Shown piece by piece: positions 9,678 to 22,254 of a DNA stretch of 34,892 bases. Location of the stretch: assembly GCA_024626585.2 (NCBI GenBank), contig JANKJI020000002.1, positions 35,902,840 to 35,937,731 of the forward strand. Reading direction: 5' to 3'. Origin of the DNA: Ginkgo biloba. Lineage: Eukaryota; Plantae; Ginkgophyta. A model generated the notes under the pieces. The model made no database searches and was not told where the DNA came from. It saw nothing but the letters and a program-made list of their open reading frames with translations. How positions within the stretch are numbered: the first letter of the stretch is position 1; every line of letters begins with the position of its first letter. The position numbers and the translations under genes were made by a program.

Positions 9678-9934
9678 TTTTGATGGATAGTCACAAAGAG
9701 AGAGAGGCGATTGAGGAGCTTTCTCGGGCTATTGCATTTAAAGCAGATTTGCATCTATTACATCTGCGCGCCGCTTTCCATGAGTTTATTGGAGATGTCA
9801 ATGGAGCTTTGAGAGATTGTCGTGCAGCTCTTTCTGCAGACCCCAATCACCAAGAAATTATGGAACTCCATAGTTCTTTTGGTAATTGTTTGTCATTGAG
9901 TCCTTTTTATATGTTACCCTCTGCCCATATTTAA
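9678..9934 (+). CDS. EOL1: Terminal coding exon of ETO1-like protein 1 (ethylene-overproduction 1 family, BTB/TPR substrate adaptor for type-2 ACC synthases)
   Basis: A T-rich tract and CAG acceptor end at 9677; the exon reads (V)LMDSHKEREAIEELSRAIAFKADLHLLHLRAAFHEFIGDVNGALRDCRAALSADPNHQEIMELHS, closely matching the C-terminal TPRs of EOL1 as I recall them (KADLHLLHL and DCRAALS favour EOL1 over ETO1). Similarity ends at 9874 and the stop is at 9932-9934. Upstream exons are not visible. Confidence 0.88.
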
Positions 9935-10420
9935 CTCTTTAAGTGCCTATCCATGCAATAAGCTTATCTATCTTGAATGCCCATTGGGCCAAGCCTATGT
10001 GTGGCAAATATTTATTGCTTATCCAAGCATTCTCACATCACTTAGATAACTCAGATGAAAATATACGCTTAGATTGAAAGATATGGTTATAGGCCATCTT
10101 TACAGTGTAGCCACGTAATTATTTCTGCTTTTAACATGCCGAATGCTTAATAATGCTTCATTCACTCACTTAGACTTCAAAACTCGAGCAATATTTGTTG
10201 CCATTGCAACTTCTATTGCCAATAGAAAAGTCAACTCCATGGAAACATGTTTGCAGTCATTTCTTCAATNNNNNNNNNNNNNNNNNNNNNNNNNNNNNNN
10301 NNNNNNNNNNNNNNNNNNNNNNNNNNNNNNNNNNNNNNNNNNNNNNNNNNNNNNNNNNNNNNNNNNNNNAGGAGAAATACAAACAACAAATTGGCTATTT
10401 AATCATGATGGGAAGTCCAC

Positions 10421-10495
10421 TTTCATTTTCGTTGTAGTTGGTTTTTTTGTTAATTGAATTTCATTTTCGGTGTAGTCAATTTTTTCGTCAGTTGA
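10421..10495. repeat. Tandem duplication, 38-bp period, 2 copies
   Basis: TTTCATTTTCGTTGTAGTTGGTTTTTTTGTTAATTGA (10421) versus TTTCATTTTCGGTGTAGTCAATTTTTTCGTCAGTTGA (10459). Confidence 0.7.
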
Positions 10496-10554
10496 CATAA
10501 AGACTTAGAATCTGTGTCATATTTTGTTTATTGATGGGAGGTCAATTTCAAACA

Positions 10555-10764
10555 ATGGGCAAGTGATTGGATTATAATTTGGGTCACTTTATAGTGGGAA
10601 GGTAACTAACTTGCACTTTAGGTCACCCAAGTGAGTGGCTTTCACTTTGGGTCACGTGTAACCAGTGGGTAGGTGAGCAACTTACACACTGGCAATAAAT
10701 GGGTAGGTGATTGGATGGAAACCAGTGGGCAAGTGACTAGCTCCTACTTGATAGGAAGGTGACT
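10555..10764. repeat. Cluster of short interspersed motifs: RTGGGHARGTGA-like x6 and TTTRGGTCAC x3
   Basis: First motif at 10555, 10594, 10665, 10699, 10725 and 10751 (some with a mismatch); second at 10578, 10617 and 10646. Confidence 0.65.
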
Positions 10765-11209
10765 CCTTATTTTTTCTTAGTAGATCTGACGTAGTTTAGA
10801 TTAGACTTGGATCATTAGATCCATGAGAACATTTCATCCTAGTCATTTAAAAGTAATGATCTATTGACTTTGAAAGAGAATGATCCATGGCCACACTTAA
10901 AACTGCAAAACACAATCAACAAAGCTAGTCAATTGTTAACAAAAAAGAAAGAAATAATACNNNNNNNNNNNNNNNNNNNNNNNNNNNNNNNNNNNNNNNN
11001 NATTTATTATTGAATAAATGCGCATGCTCCAACCTTTGCAACTTCATTGTGGTATGAGGTTATTTTCCACTAAGATATTTAGTGCTTGTTTTGATTTTTT
11101 CTTCAACTGAGGATATACTATTATTTTTCATTGTTTATATATTTTTTATAATTCTTCTCATTTAAGTATTCTCTTTCCCTTTATTTTGCAACCCCTAGTT
11201 CTAAATTTT

Positions 11210-11579
11210 TATAATGGAGATGAAGACAAGGACTATAAGAAGAGATGGGAGCCTTCCAATGAACAATACGAAAGGACAAATGGTACAAAGGTATAATTTT
11301 AAGAAGAAGATGCTCAAATGAAGGGGATAATTACAACTGTGGAAGGTGGAGCATCTTTAAAGAAGAAAAGGTTATGTCATAATTGGATGAAACAGGACAT
11401 GAAGAGTATAATGGAAGATATGGGAAATAATGGGTATTTAGTCAAAGAAACTATCAAGAATGGAGAATGTACCCTACCTCATTGCACTACTAACTAAATG
11501 GTCTAGCCACCATAAGAGAAGATGCCCTACAAAATTTGAAGCATAGAAGAGGAGGACGATATCATGAAGTGGTGTTTTA
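11210..11579 (+). pseudogene. Decayed gag-like sequence with possible zinc-knuckle remnants
   Basis: Purine-rich coding-like stretch. With one frameshift 11375-11415 reads CHN(C)DETGHEEYN; a second C..H..RCP-like remnant lies at 11483-11528. Confidence 0.25.
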
Positions 11580-12099
11580 NNNNNNNNNNNNNNNNNNNNN
11601 NNNNNNNNNNNNNNNNNNNNNNNNNNNNNNNNNNNNNNNNNNNNNNNNNNNNNNNNNNNNNNNNNNNNNNNNNNNNNNNATATACATGTATAAATAGGTA
11701 ACTATATATTTAATAATTATTTCCTTGTTGCTCCAATTGGTGGTGTCAATGAAATATTAAGAATTTAGTGGTTGCAAACATTAGAAACATATGCAATAAA
11801 TTATTCCCAAGAATTTATGGAATTAAAACAAAAGGGGATAAGATACAAGATCCATGGTATAAAGAAAGTCAAAGGTATATTATCCCAAGCACATGTTTAG
11901 TGGAAAGCATATTTGACCATTGTGAGATTGTTCATCATGATAATATAGATGAAGGTATAAAGAAGTGATATCAATGGAAGAAATAAGGAAGATCAAATTC
12001 CTAGTGAAGAATTGATGATATCATCCCAGTCGACATCAAAGAAAAAAAATAATACATGCAAGATCATTCTAAGATATCTTATTATTGAAGATTGGTTTC

Positions 12100-12400
12100 C
12101 ATTATGTACTCAAAATGGGCTTCCTTAGCCTTAATCCTAGCCTACACTAATATTATAACTTTTTACTAACATAGCCTACCACATGTCTCTTATCTACGAA
12201 ACACAAGTAATCATGGTTATAATATAATTAACCATACCATACATAATAGTTTGGGGACATAACATGCCATCCCCCCTTAACATACTTCTCCTTTGAAGCA
12301 TAGGTCTCCAAGATTTATATGCATTGTTACAACTATAAAATTTCCACTTAAGGACCATAGATCTTATATTAGGTTCATTACATAGATTATCAATCAAACT
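12100..12400 (-). mobile_element. 3' end of a chromovirus-like Gypsy element: decayed chromodomain, PPT and 3' LTR start
   Basis: Minus strand: IRSMVLKWK (cf. EYLVKWK), then AAGGGGGGATGGCA (12278-12265) directly followed by TGTTATGTCCCC (from 12264), a typical LTR start. The left limit is arbitrary. Confidence 0.45.
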
Positions 12401-13821
12401 CCACTAGTTCAAAAAGGATTGAGAATAGGGATGATTGGTAAATTTTTATAAGCAATTGGCACTATTGATTAATATGATAAGGATAATCGAATTTTTGATT
12501 CGACCAAACCTGAGTTGGTTATAATTAGAATCTTGAACTGTGAATACTTCATTATAGGCTTTATCATAATATTGATGATATGATCACAAAATCACATAAT
12601 TGTTAGTAGAGGATTCAATCTATTTAATCTCAACTATATTTTATTATTTTGAGTTTTTGTAGCACTAATTAAATCTATGAATATAATTAGAAGGCTAAAA
12701 AACTAGCATTATGATTCAAACTATAGATTCAGGTATTAATTTATTAGTAAATTTAAATTTTAATCCTTTAGAGAGTTCATAATAATTAGGGATATGCCAT
12801 TAAACTCACTACTATCATTGGTTTCAAATTAGGGTGAAATTATGATGCACTTACTGAGGCTAATTTGGATTCAAAAGACTGTGGAGCATAGTAGGATGAA
12901 GGAAATTGAGGGAGGTGTCTACTACACCTAGTATCTAAAATTTGAATAATTTGAGATGGATTAATGGAAGATGACCTAGATCCTTTTGTGTCATATGAGC
13001 CTATGGATTCAAAATACACTAAAATAAGATTATAGAGGAATAGTTTTTCTCCTAAATTAGGATGACAATTTGCTAGGACACCTAGGAGACAAGGTATAAA
13101 CTATATTTTTGTTAACCCTAATTTCATTCTATAATCGAAAGGACTTTTATTGGTTGTACACTTTACTATCTCAACTCTACATGGTTATAGAGTATTTTTG
13201 CAATCATGATTATGATTATGTACAAACCATAAGTCTAGATAATAAGACATTTTGTAGTTAACCTATAAGCAATATAATTTGGTTTAGTATGCTACCTTCT
13301 TTGTGATGATTATTTTACAATACTAATAAATGTATTTTCAAGAAATGAAAAAATTCTAAGATAAAGAACTATGCTTAGGTTGGTGCTTCCATCAAAGGTG
13401 ATAGACTAGTTTTGCATATTTATCAATCTTTCTCACTTTATGGAATCTCATAGAATTTTTTAGTCTCAGATAGATAGGGCACTAGACCCTCACAATATTT
13501 ATAGGTATTTTGGAAATAGATACATAATGCTAATATTTTTGCATTGTCCTTGAGAGAACTTTCCTTGATTCCTCAGAAGTCAAGATTAGGTGTCAGAAAG
13601 TTTATGGAGATCTTGGGTGAAACTTGTTTCCGTATTCAGGATTGTAGTAAGAGGAGATCATGATATCCATGATACCCTTAGTTATAATCTTAGGTAGGAT
13701 TAGGTACTCCCCCCTCAAAAAATATAAAAAGTGTAAATTACTAGAAACTAATATAGGTCATATATGCACGTAAATTGAATGAATGATTGGTGATGGTGAT
13801 TGTATGTTCTAGGATGGGGAG

Positions 13822-14155
13822 TGTAAAGAAGAACAATATTCAAATTGGTATGAACAAGGTCCCTCTCCTTTTGGAAAATATAGTAGGTTACTTATGTGGG
13901 TAGGTTTTGATACTGGAAGGAAGCAATGTGGCATCCAATGGTTCTTGCGGATGTATAAATGCTAGGTGAAATAAAATTCAATAACAAAAATGTGAAATAA
14001 TAAATGTTTATTAGTTTTTAAATATCTTTCTTTTGCAAAATCATGTACAAGTACTTACTTTGACTGGGTACCGAGTATTGAATTTTTGTTTAAAAACATA
14101 AATTCAGAGTTAATGACATTGGGAGATTTTGACTCACCCACTGCGATACGAATCA
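13822..14155 (+). mobile_element. Putative LTR (TG...CA, 334 bp)
   Basis: The 3' end is fixed by CA (14154-14155) lying 3 nt before a PBS. The 5' end is inferred from purine-rich AGGATGGGGAG (13811-13821) followed by TGTAAAG. Internal TATAAA (about 13954) and downstream AATAAA motifs are present. Confidence 0.5.
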
Positions 14156-14158
14156 AAA

Positions 14159-14171
14159 TGGTATCAGAGCC
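14159..14171 (+). promoter_or_regulatory. Primer-binding site complementary to initiator tRNA-Met
   Basis: Exact TGGTATCAGAGCC, preceded by CA plus 3 nt and followed by a leader and a possible gag ATG at 14283 (MAERAENDAV, then gap). Confidence 0.85.
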
Positions 14172-14579
14172 CCTCTAGTTCCTGAGTTTGTGTGCATGGT
14201 GAAGATCAGATTTGGTTATTCTTTAAGTGGAGAAGAATTGCTGCCCGGTTTGAAGATTGATCGAGCTCCAAGAAAGCAAAGAATGGCAGAACGAGCAGAG
14301 AATGATGCAGTTNNNNNNNNNNNNNNNNNNNNNNNNNNNNNNNNNNNNNNNNNNNNNNNNNNNNNNNNNNNNNNNNNNNNNNNNNNNNNNNNNNNNNNNN
14401 NNNNNNNNNNNNTGTTGAAAAAGGAAAATTATTTGACTTTTATGGTAGTTGGATGATGGTTCATTAACTCATTCTGAAGTGAAATGGAGGAAATATGATT
14501 TACTAATTTCCTTTCGGCTACGCCTTTATGAAAGAAAGAAGTGTTGTTATCCCCTTTTTTTATCCATGTTTATTAGGAC

Positions 14580-16061
14580 TTAAGCCTCCAAATTGTTTCT
14601 TTATATTCATCTTGCTCTACGATTATTATTTTGTCCCTCTTGAAAAAATCCAAACTCCATCCTTCTAAAAATATTTGATAATGAATTTGAATTAACTTCT
14701 CTTTTTCTTCTATAATTTTGGCCAACTGGAGACATTACTATTAAGATGCCCACCTTTTTATATTTTCTTTGACATATTTAAGGAACCTTGTAAACTTTAA
14801 TATAGCCATGCCATGTGAAGGGAAACCTTCTTGTCACCAAGATTGGATTTTGACCATTTATTATGGATGCTCACTCCAATGAGGTTGGAAGTTGAAGGGG
14901 ACATTTTTTGGAGGGGCATATGATTGCAGTTGGATAATTATAGGCCAATTATCTAAGAGAGATCTAGATAAAGTTTTGGTTTCAATCAAATCTAAGTTGG
15001 TTATCAAGTTTCTTGATATTAAAAATCTATCCAATCTCTCTATTATAAAGGCTTTGTCACTTATTCTATTATCTATCCTTCTTTGGGAGGAATGTTCACT
15101 AAGTAAAATTTCTAAAGGCCTTCTTGGATTAGTGCTTTGATATAGTCATTTGGAGGGAATATTCCTCCTTTTTTTTTGTTATATCCATGATTATATTTAG
15201 ATCACCTCCCAAGATGATGTTTTTTTACTGAATACCTTCTATCTTAGCCCAAATATCCTCCTATTCTTTCATTTTAGCCAAAAAATTGATGGGGCCATAA
15301 CAATTAAAGAAATAAATATGTATGGACAAAATTGTATTCTTCATGTGGGTATAAATAAAGGTGAGTAAATGTGCTTATAGAGGAGGTGAAAAGAGGAGTT
15401 ATACCAAAGGATGGCAAGTCCCCCTAATTGTCCTATGGAATTAGAGTGTATAATGTTATTATCTTTCCATAATAAATCATTTATAGATGCAATGGAAGTG
15501 GTTGAGATCTTTGTTTCTTGCACATAATATGTCTAGTTTTTTTGAGAAATTATTTCACTTAAGGGATTTTTTAATACGAGGGGATCCCATACCCCTGATA
15601 TTCTAAGAGATTCCCTTCATTTATTTAGTTTCCTCACTTTATTTAATCCTTTTATTTCTTCAATAACAAGTTAATAACCCTCTATCATGTCTCATTTGGC
15701 CTCTTTGATTCCTATAACTTTTATTGAAGGTCTTCCTTTGCCTTTCAAAGACCCACCTATATCCACCCTAGGCATTGAAATATCTAGGAGTTGTTGGTCT
15801 AAATTAATTATACCTTTGATTAAGTACAAAGTAGGATCTACTTTGTGGTCCCATTGCAATTATTTCCTTGGGGAAAGTGAGCACATTTCTTCACTTATAT
15901 TTTCCCTATATTATAATTTTGAGGGAATATGTGTCTTTAGTGAGGAAACTCCTAGGTTACTTATATTCTATTACAAATTCTATAGGGACTTTTTCTTTAA
16001 TGTGTTAGGTTAAATCTATTAACATCAAAATTGATCATTGAGGTAGGTTGTATGACTACTT
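14580..16061 (-). pseudogene. Decayed L1 LINE: ORF1 C-terminus and ORF2 endonuclease domain
   Basis: Minus strand from the ATG at 15620: MKGIS*NIRGMGSP..LDIL/(V)QETK..LGGLAILW..NCYGP..IILGGDLN..IERLDRFL..NHMP..PFNFQPHW..LKYVKENIKRW. The upstream frame reads GKGRPS..NK*. Multiple stops and frameshifts; outer limits approximate. Confidence 0.88.
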
Positions 16062-16822
16062 NNNNNNNNNNNNNNNNNNNNNNNNNNNNNNNNNNNNNNN
16101 NNNNNNNNNNNNNNNNNNNNNNNNNNNNNNNNNNNNNNNNNNNNNNNNNNNNNNNNNNNNNTTCACATGGTAGGATCTCGAGGACTTAGTCCTTGTAGAG
16201 GTTTGGGGGGCTCCTGATATCCTTTTTCATACTTAAAGAATTTTTCCATCTACACCTTAACTTCTTATACATGTCTATTTTGTTTAAGTTTAATTCTCAT
16301 CTAAGGAGAAGTATCTTAGACTTTGGCTACAAAATTTCTTATTTCAAGGGACCATTTATATCTTAGATCTTACTGCATTCAATCTAAACCTTGATATCTT
16401 AGAGTTAGAAAAAATAAATGCAATTGGCACCTCTAACATGCATTGACTAGGCTTTGTAATAATAACATAACCCACCATTCCATATATCCCATTTTCCTTA
16501 TTTATATTTTATTAATTTGCTGCCCCCCTTATATGAATTCATATTATAATTGTGCATGTAGTGCTAATACCATAAGTATATGTTTATATATTTTGTGTTT
16601 AATAAGCATTAGTAAGTATATCTAAAAATTAAGTAAAATATATATAGTCCTTGACAATATTGAGTTAGAACAAATTTAATTCTTTTAACAATAACTTTAG
16701 GAAAGACGAAAATATTTTTGGAGAAATTAGGTCGTGAAGCCTCTACTACAGCCATGAAGGGAACTTGGAGAAATGACCCACCTCTGTGTCTAGTTTTTAA
16801 TGCTACAACATACAAGTTTAGG

Positions 16823-17732
16823 TGTGGTGTAATTGGTATAGCTCACCGATAGGTTTAGAACAATCGGTTGGACCTTAGACAATCACCCGACCAAATACAC
16901 ATCCTCTTTTCACCCGCAAATATGTGACTATTAAGAGGAGAGTCAACTTAGATAATTACACGTCTGCATACACATCCTTTTTTTACTTGCAGACCTATGG
17001 TTGGTAAGAAGAGAGATGTAGGGAAAGAGAGGATCTTTCCTCTATATTGTGAGAAGGTCAACGGAAGTATGAGAATGAAAAAGATGGGTCTCTATGAATA
17101 GATGGTTTAGTTGTAATGTGAGGCAGAGTCATCAGGTCCCAATGATGGGATTTATATCAATAATACATCAACAAAGACCAAAGAAAGAAATAGGGAACTC
17201 TGAGAGTAGAAAGGTAGTAGATGAACCTGGAGATAGGAGTGATGCCTCTAATCACTTAATAATCTTTCTTTTATAGGCGATTAACTAGAAGACTGGTTCC
17301 TTTTGGTTCCCCCCTCCTTTTCCTTCCAATGATCTCCCACTAATGCTTCGGCCTCTCCTGTGATGATAGCCTGATTAATATTAAACCATTGGGCAATCCT
17401 AAATGGCCTCCCTTTATATACCTCAAGAATTCAACCGCTCAACCAACCTTTCATTGGAAATCCTAAGAAGGTACAACAATGCACTTTTCCTTTGGTCTTA
17501 TGCAAACTGCCAAGCGACCTTAGGCTATCCGAAAAAGGGGTAAGGTGATAAAAAGGATTTTAAATGGTTTTTTCAATGTTTAAATGAAGCAATATGAGGA
17601 CACAAAAGCATGGCCTGGAAGTCTCTCTAGATCATAGTCTCTGGAGCAAGTTGAGACCTACTAAGCACGAAGGACAAGCCACCAAACAATGTGAGTAGGT
17701 GGGACAATCCCCCCAACCTTGGGCATACATCA
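16823..17732 (-). mobile_element. Possible LTR or solo LTR
   Basis: The minus strand begins TGATGTATGCCC at 17732, has a TATA-like GTATATAAAGG near 17420-17410, and contains a diverged 45-bp direct repeat (16898 and 16971). No TSD found; left boundary uncertain. Confidence 0.3.
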
Positions 17733-18354
17733 ACAAATGTATATATAAAAAATGTACATATACATAATAAATTTATCACCTCATTAAACCTAAGTCAATA
17801 GAGTCATATAGACCATACAGGTTAACCAAAGAGCTTATTTCTAGAGTATAAAGAATACATAAGAAGAAGAAAGAGGATTATCCCCTTGTATTTTCAATCA
17901 CACTTTCACATACTTGTGAAAATCCTCCAACCACCAAGTAGGTACAACATACTTTTCTTTCCCTATATCTTATGCTTGATACTATACCTTGTGTGGATTT
18001 TTCTAATTCCTTCTTAATTAGATCTATTAATAATTCTAGTGTATTTTATGGATTTTATGTCACTTATTATTTATTTGGGTATGTTTGGTAAGCATGTACT
18101 CTTTCTAAAAAATATTTTACTGAAATCTAATACCACTTCTAAGTTTCTAATTGAGATACTTACTAAAAAATCAACTAACATCGATATCTTAATAGATAAT
18201 TAACACCATAAAATGAACAAAGAGATATAATCTTATAAAACTGCCTAATAATTCTAGTCATACTAGTCAAAACAATAATGTTACACATCATAAAGAATAT
18301 GAGAATAGGGATCACATACTACCCTANNNNNNNNNNNNNNNNNNNNNNNNNNNG

Positions 18355-19400
18355 AAGCATTTGTTGAATATGGAGGAAGAACCAACTTCCTAGATGATCT
18401 TCTTAAAAGATGAAGATAACTAGAAAATCTAAAGATGACCAATGCAAAATGAGAGAGATTATACACTCTTATATAACTTAAACTTATATGACTTTCATCT
18501 ACCTTCTACTATATCAATGAAGGCTATTATCTTATCTCCCAAATGCATGTTACTATTTATAACTCCAACACCCTTATTATGGCTCAAGATTAACTATGTT
18601 TATTAAAAATCCTTAAGCTTATTATATGTAGGATTCTTGGGTTTCTACTTCTTAGGTATTTGTTGTATTTAGGAACACAACATTTTCCAACCTATATTCC
18701 CTCTACCATATCCTTAACCACCTTCTTTAGAAAGTTTGATAAATTCTATATTAGATATATAGTGTACACTACCCTATTTTAATCTAACATTTATTATTGA
18801 TAACCAAATAATAGTATATATAGTCACATATGATTCATAACCCATTATGGTACTAGAGCTCAATGCTTTATAATCTTAATGAGCGATCACTTATACAATT
18901 CATATATTCTCCCTTTAGGACTATATCTTAGTTCTACAGACAAATATTATACTAAATTAATTACTCAAGTTGGCACTAGTTTGAATAAATTAAAGTCTAT
19001 AATAGGATGTATTGATTTCTCTAGCATACTCTACATAAGTATGGACCTAAGAGATTTTAACATTTTTGGAAACCATAAGAGATACTACATTAGGGGTGGA
19101 AGTTATGGATTAAGGATCTTAGTCAATATAATCCCATTACATGCAATGGATAAGATGGGATTAAAAATTATAGATCCTTTCATCCTTGCCAAATTTAATT
19201 CTCAATAATTTTCACCAAAAGTAACATCAAGCATGTAATGTTTAAAGTGGTTATCATCTTTCCAAAGGTGGACTTCATTATATTTGATATTACACAAGTA
19301 AATTCTTTCTCCCTATTGTAAGGGAAATTGTGTGATATGAAACCCATTTGATGCATAAAAAGAGTTAATTGAAAATAAAGAGGAATCACCTTTAAGAGTT
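18355..19400 (+). pseudogene. Decayed Ty3/Gypsy gag-protease remnant
   Basis: FVEYGGRTNFLDDL (gag-like); LYISM..YIRGGS..VNIIPLHAMDKMGL..LAKFN (cf. LIDGGS.VNIMPL.TMEKLGL); SFSLL*GK (cf. SYSLLLGRP). Confidence 0.5.
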
Positions 19401-22254
19401 ATAATCATATGTAAGTAGACTATACTTTCACTCAAAATTTATCTACTAAGAATATATACCAAGATATAATTAAAATTTCCCCTCGACTCAGAGTTGATTT
19501 TTTTTCACCAAAATATGCTTTTCATTTTTCCTTAGAAAATTTAATATGGTAGAATATTATTAAAAAATTTTAAAATGAATCTTTCANNNNNNNNNNNNNN
19601 NNNNNNNNNNNNNNNNNNNNNNNNNNNNNNNNNNNNNNNNNNNNNNNNNNNNNNNNNNAAATTTACCTGAGAAGGAATTTATTCTAATTCTTACATATTA
19701 ATAAGTATCCTATTATGTAGGAAATATAAAGGAAAAAAACATAGAGAGAAAGATGTATATTAGGGACCAAAATCCTAAATAACAAAGAAGAAGAAGATCC
19801 AGCTGAGTTTATTATACATTTAGAATTTCTTCGTAATAGCAATTTCCAATTAAAAAAAAATGGAAGCTAAAAAGTAAAGGGAAACCTNNNNNNNNNNNNN
19901 NNNNNNNNNGAATTATAATTTATCCATTATTTTTCTATCTCTAATATTGATTAAATCCTTAATTATTATTTTATATGTCTAACTATATTTCATTTTGTTA
20001 TTACTGGCCAATGGGGAAGCAAGAGTATATATTCCATGTTACTTTATTCTTAATGGTGTCTTGATTGAATGTTTTTTAAGTTGATATGTTTATTGTAGTC
20101 TAACTCAATGGTCACATTCTAGCGCATCAATCATAAGCTAGTACATTGGTTACAAAACTAACACATCAAATACAAGGTAGTTTTTCCAATTTTCACTTTC
20201 CAAAATCCAAAGGGCATAACTTTTGTGTACAATCTCTACTTTTTGGAAAATGATATATCCTCCAAAATATATTGATATATAATTTATCAATATATAATAA
20301 GAATTTATCCAAAAATAAATAAATTTGCACATAATTCATTTGAAACCAAATTGATCCTTTTATGAAGCCTACATTTTATTGTTACTCTTTTGACTCATAT
20401 CCGACCACGGATCAAGCCTCCCTCTTTTGGATATGATGGCCTTCATCACCTTATATTATACTCCCAAATATATTGTACAATATTATTTTTTTATGCAAGG
20501 TAATTGTTCATTTATATTAGCTTTAAAATAAAGCTAAAATGGTAACTTGTAATATGTCCAAATGTTATCTTCCTTTAATGAATATCACCATTTTTTCAAC
20601 AAGGAATATTATTATTTTGAGAAGAATATATAAAAAGTGAATTTCCATTCTCTATTAATCATTCATTCCATAAATAAATTCCTTGGATAACTATTACATA
20701 TCATCCATAGGTCTTATATGTATATACTTGGATCTATATCCATTAATCTCTTTCCTAAGGGTTAACATAACACTATTTTTCAATCTTTGGATAACTTGTA
20801 ATTTTCCTTCATTACATTGGAAATCCATGAAGGTAAAATCCATATTCATATTAGACCATAAATTATGTTTTTCACCTATCTTATTGTACATTAGTAAATC
20901 CCTTCATGTGTCTCTTTGAATAGACATAATGGCCATTCCATCCTTCTAAAGTATATACCAATTGTGATATCACCTAAAACCATTTAATTCTTACTCCTTT
21001 ATATTTGATTTATGTTTCCATTAATAGTACACTTATATAAATCTATAAAAGTACCACTAATATGTTTTAAGAGTAATATTTTGACTGAATTTTTTTTTTT
21101 TGTTACCACTACAACAAGCTTACTTTTGTCACACTCTGCCATCAATTTACTTGGCTTACTATCTACTTGAACCTACTATAATTTTCAACAAGTTACTATT
21201 GAACATGACTTCAATAATCCTTCAAGTAGAAATACTTTACATTAAATCAAATGTAATAAAAAATAATAATTTATACTTGTCCAACATGATGATGTTAAAG
21301 TTGAAAATATTATCTCGCTAATAATAATTTTAAGTGTCCCTGTATTCTCTTTTATAAAATAATTTATATTGTTGTTTCCTTAAATTATCTAATAATATCT
21401 ATAAGTATTCCTCTTATACCTTATATACCTCAAACAACATTATTTTTTGCTTCATCCCACTTCTACTCTAGGATCCATGGGTTCTAGCCTCTTGACACCT
21501 TGTGAATGAGGTATATCCTTTCCAACCTAAACTATTTATGGAAAGGAAAATTAATGCATAAAATATATAGGTATATNNNNNNNNNNNNNNNNNNNNNNNN
21601 NNNNNNNNNNNNNNNNNNNNNNNNNNNNNNNNNNNNNNNNNNNNNNNNNNNNNNNNNNNNNNNNNNNNNNNNNNNNNNNNNNNNNNNNNNNNNNNNNNNN
21701 NNNNNNNNNNNNNNNNNNNNNNNNNNNNNNNNNNNNNNNNCGCCAACATCTTATTAATTCACCTAGATAACCCTCTAGAATGCTCACCAAGTAACCAGGA
21801 TCATCTCCTAGGTACTAGGATGTTTAAATTCTTTGGATATGACTATTGTTCCTCCTTAGGGTAGCATTCTTAGTTCTTCCTCCTTGATACAATAGTTCTT
21901 CTTATTTTCTATTTTTATGGATCCCTCTATTACTTTATAGTTTAAACCTCTAAACTAAATAGCTTTCAACCTCATTGTTCATTAGATCTCTTTCATTGAT
22001 ATAATGTGTCTTTTAGGCCTCTTTGTTATTCCCTAACCTATCATATCATAGCTTCTCTATTGTACATCCTTTTTTATTTCCATGGTTAGTTTTGGAGACA
22101 CCATGATAAGTGGTCTAAGAGGCATGAGGAGATAGGGAAACCATAATTTAAATTTCTAGTGGTAATAATATTCCTTTAAGCCTATAGAAGGAGATCAAGT
22201 CAGTGGATTGGCTCTCTGTAACCCTAGAGCACGTCCTACCCTATGCCCTTCTTA

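Noticed and set aside
10143-10269. ORF starting MLNNAS, echoing the NNASAYEKR motif of ETO1-family proteins
   Set aside because: Four-residue coincidence, downstream of the terminal exon, with no further similarity.
10555-10764. CRISPR-like repeat-spacer array
   Set aside because: Repeats are only about 12 bp, degenerate and irregularly spaced; eukaryotic context with no cas genes.
15687-16013. 108-aa plus-strand ORF (also 14892-15140)
   Set aside because: Antisense shadow of the decayed minus-strand L1, with no independent protein features.
20150-21200. Possible minus-strand Gypsy integrase relic (QCNEGK..TLRKEING; GGYIIFQKV..YAL)
   Set aside because: Resemblance is too weak to support without an HMM search; no HHCC or DDE residues identifiable.
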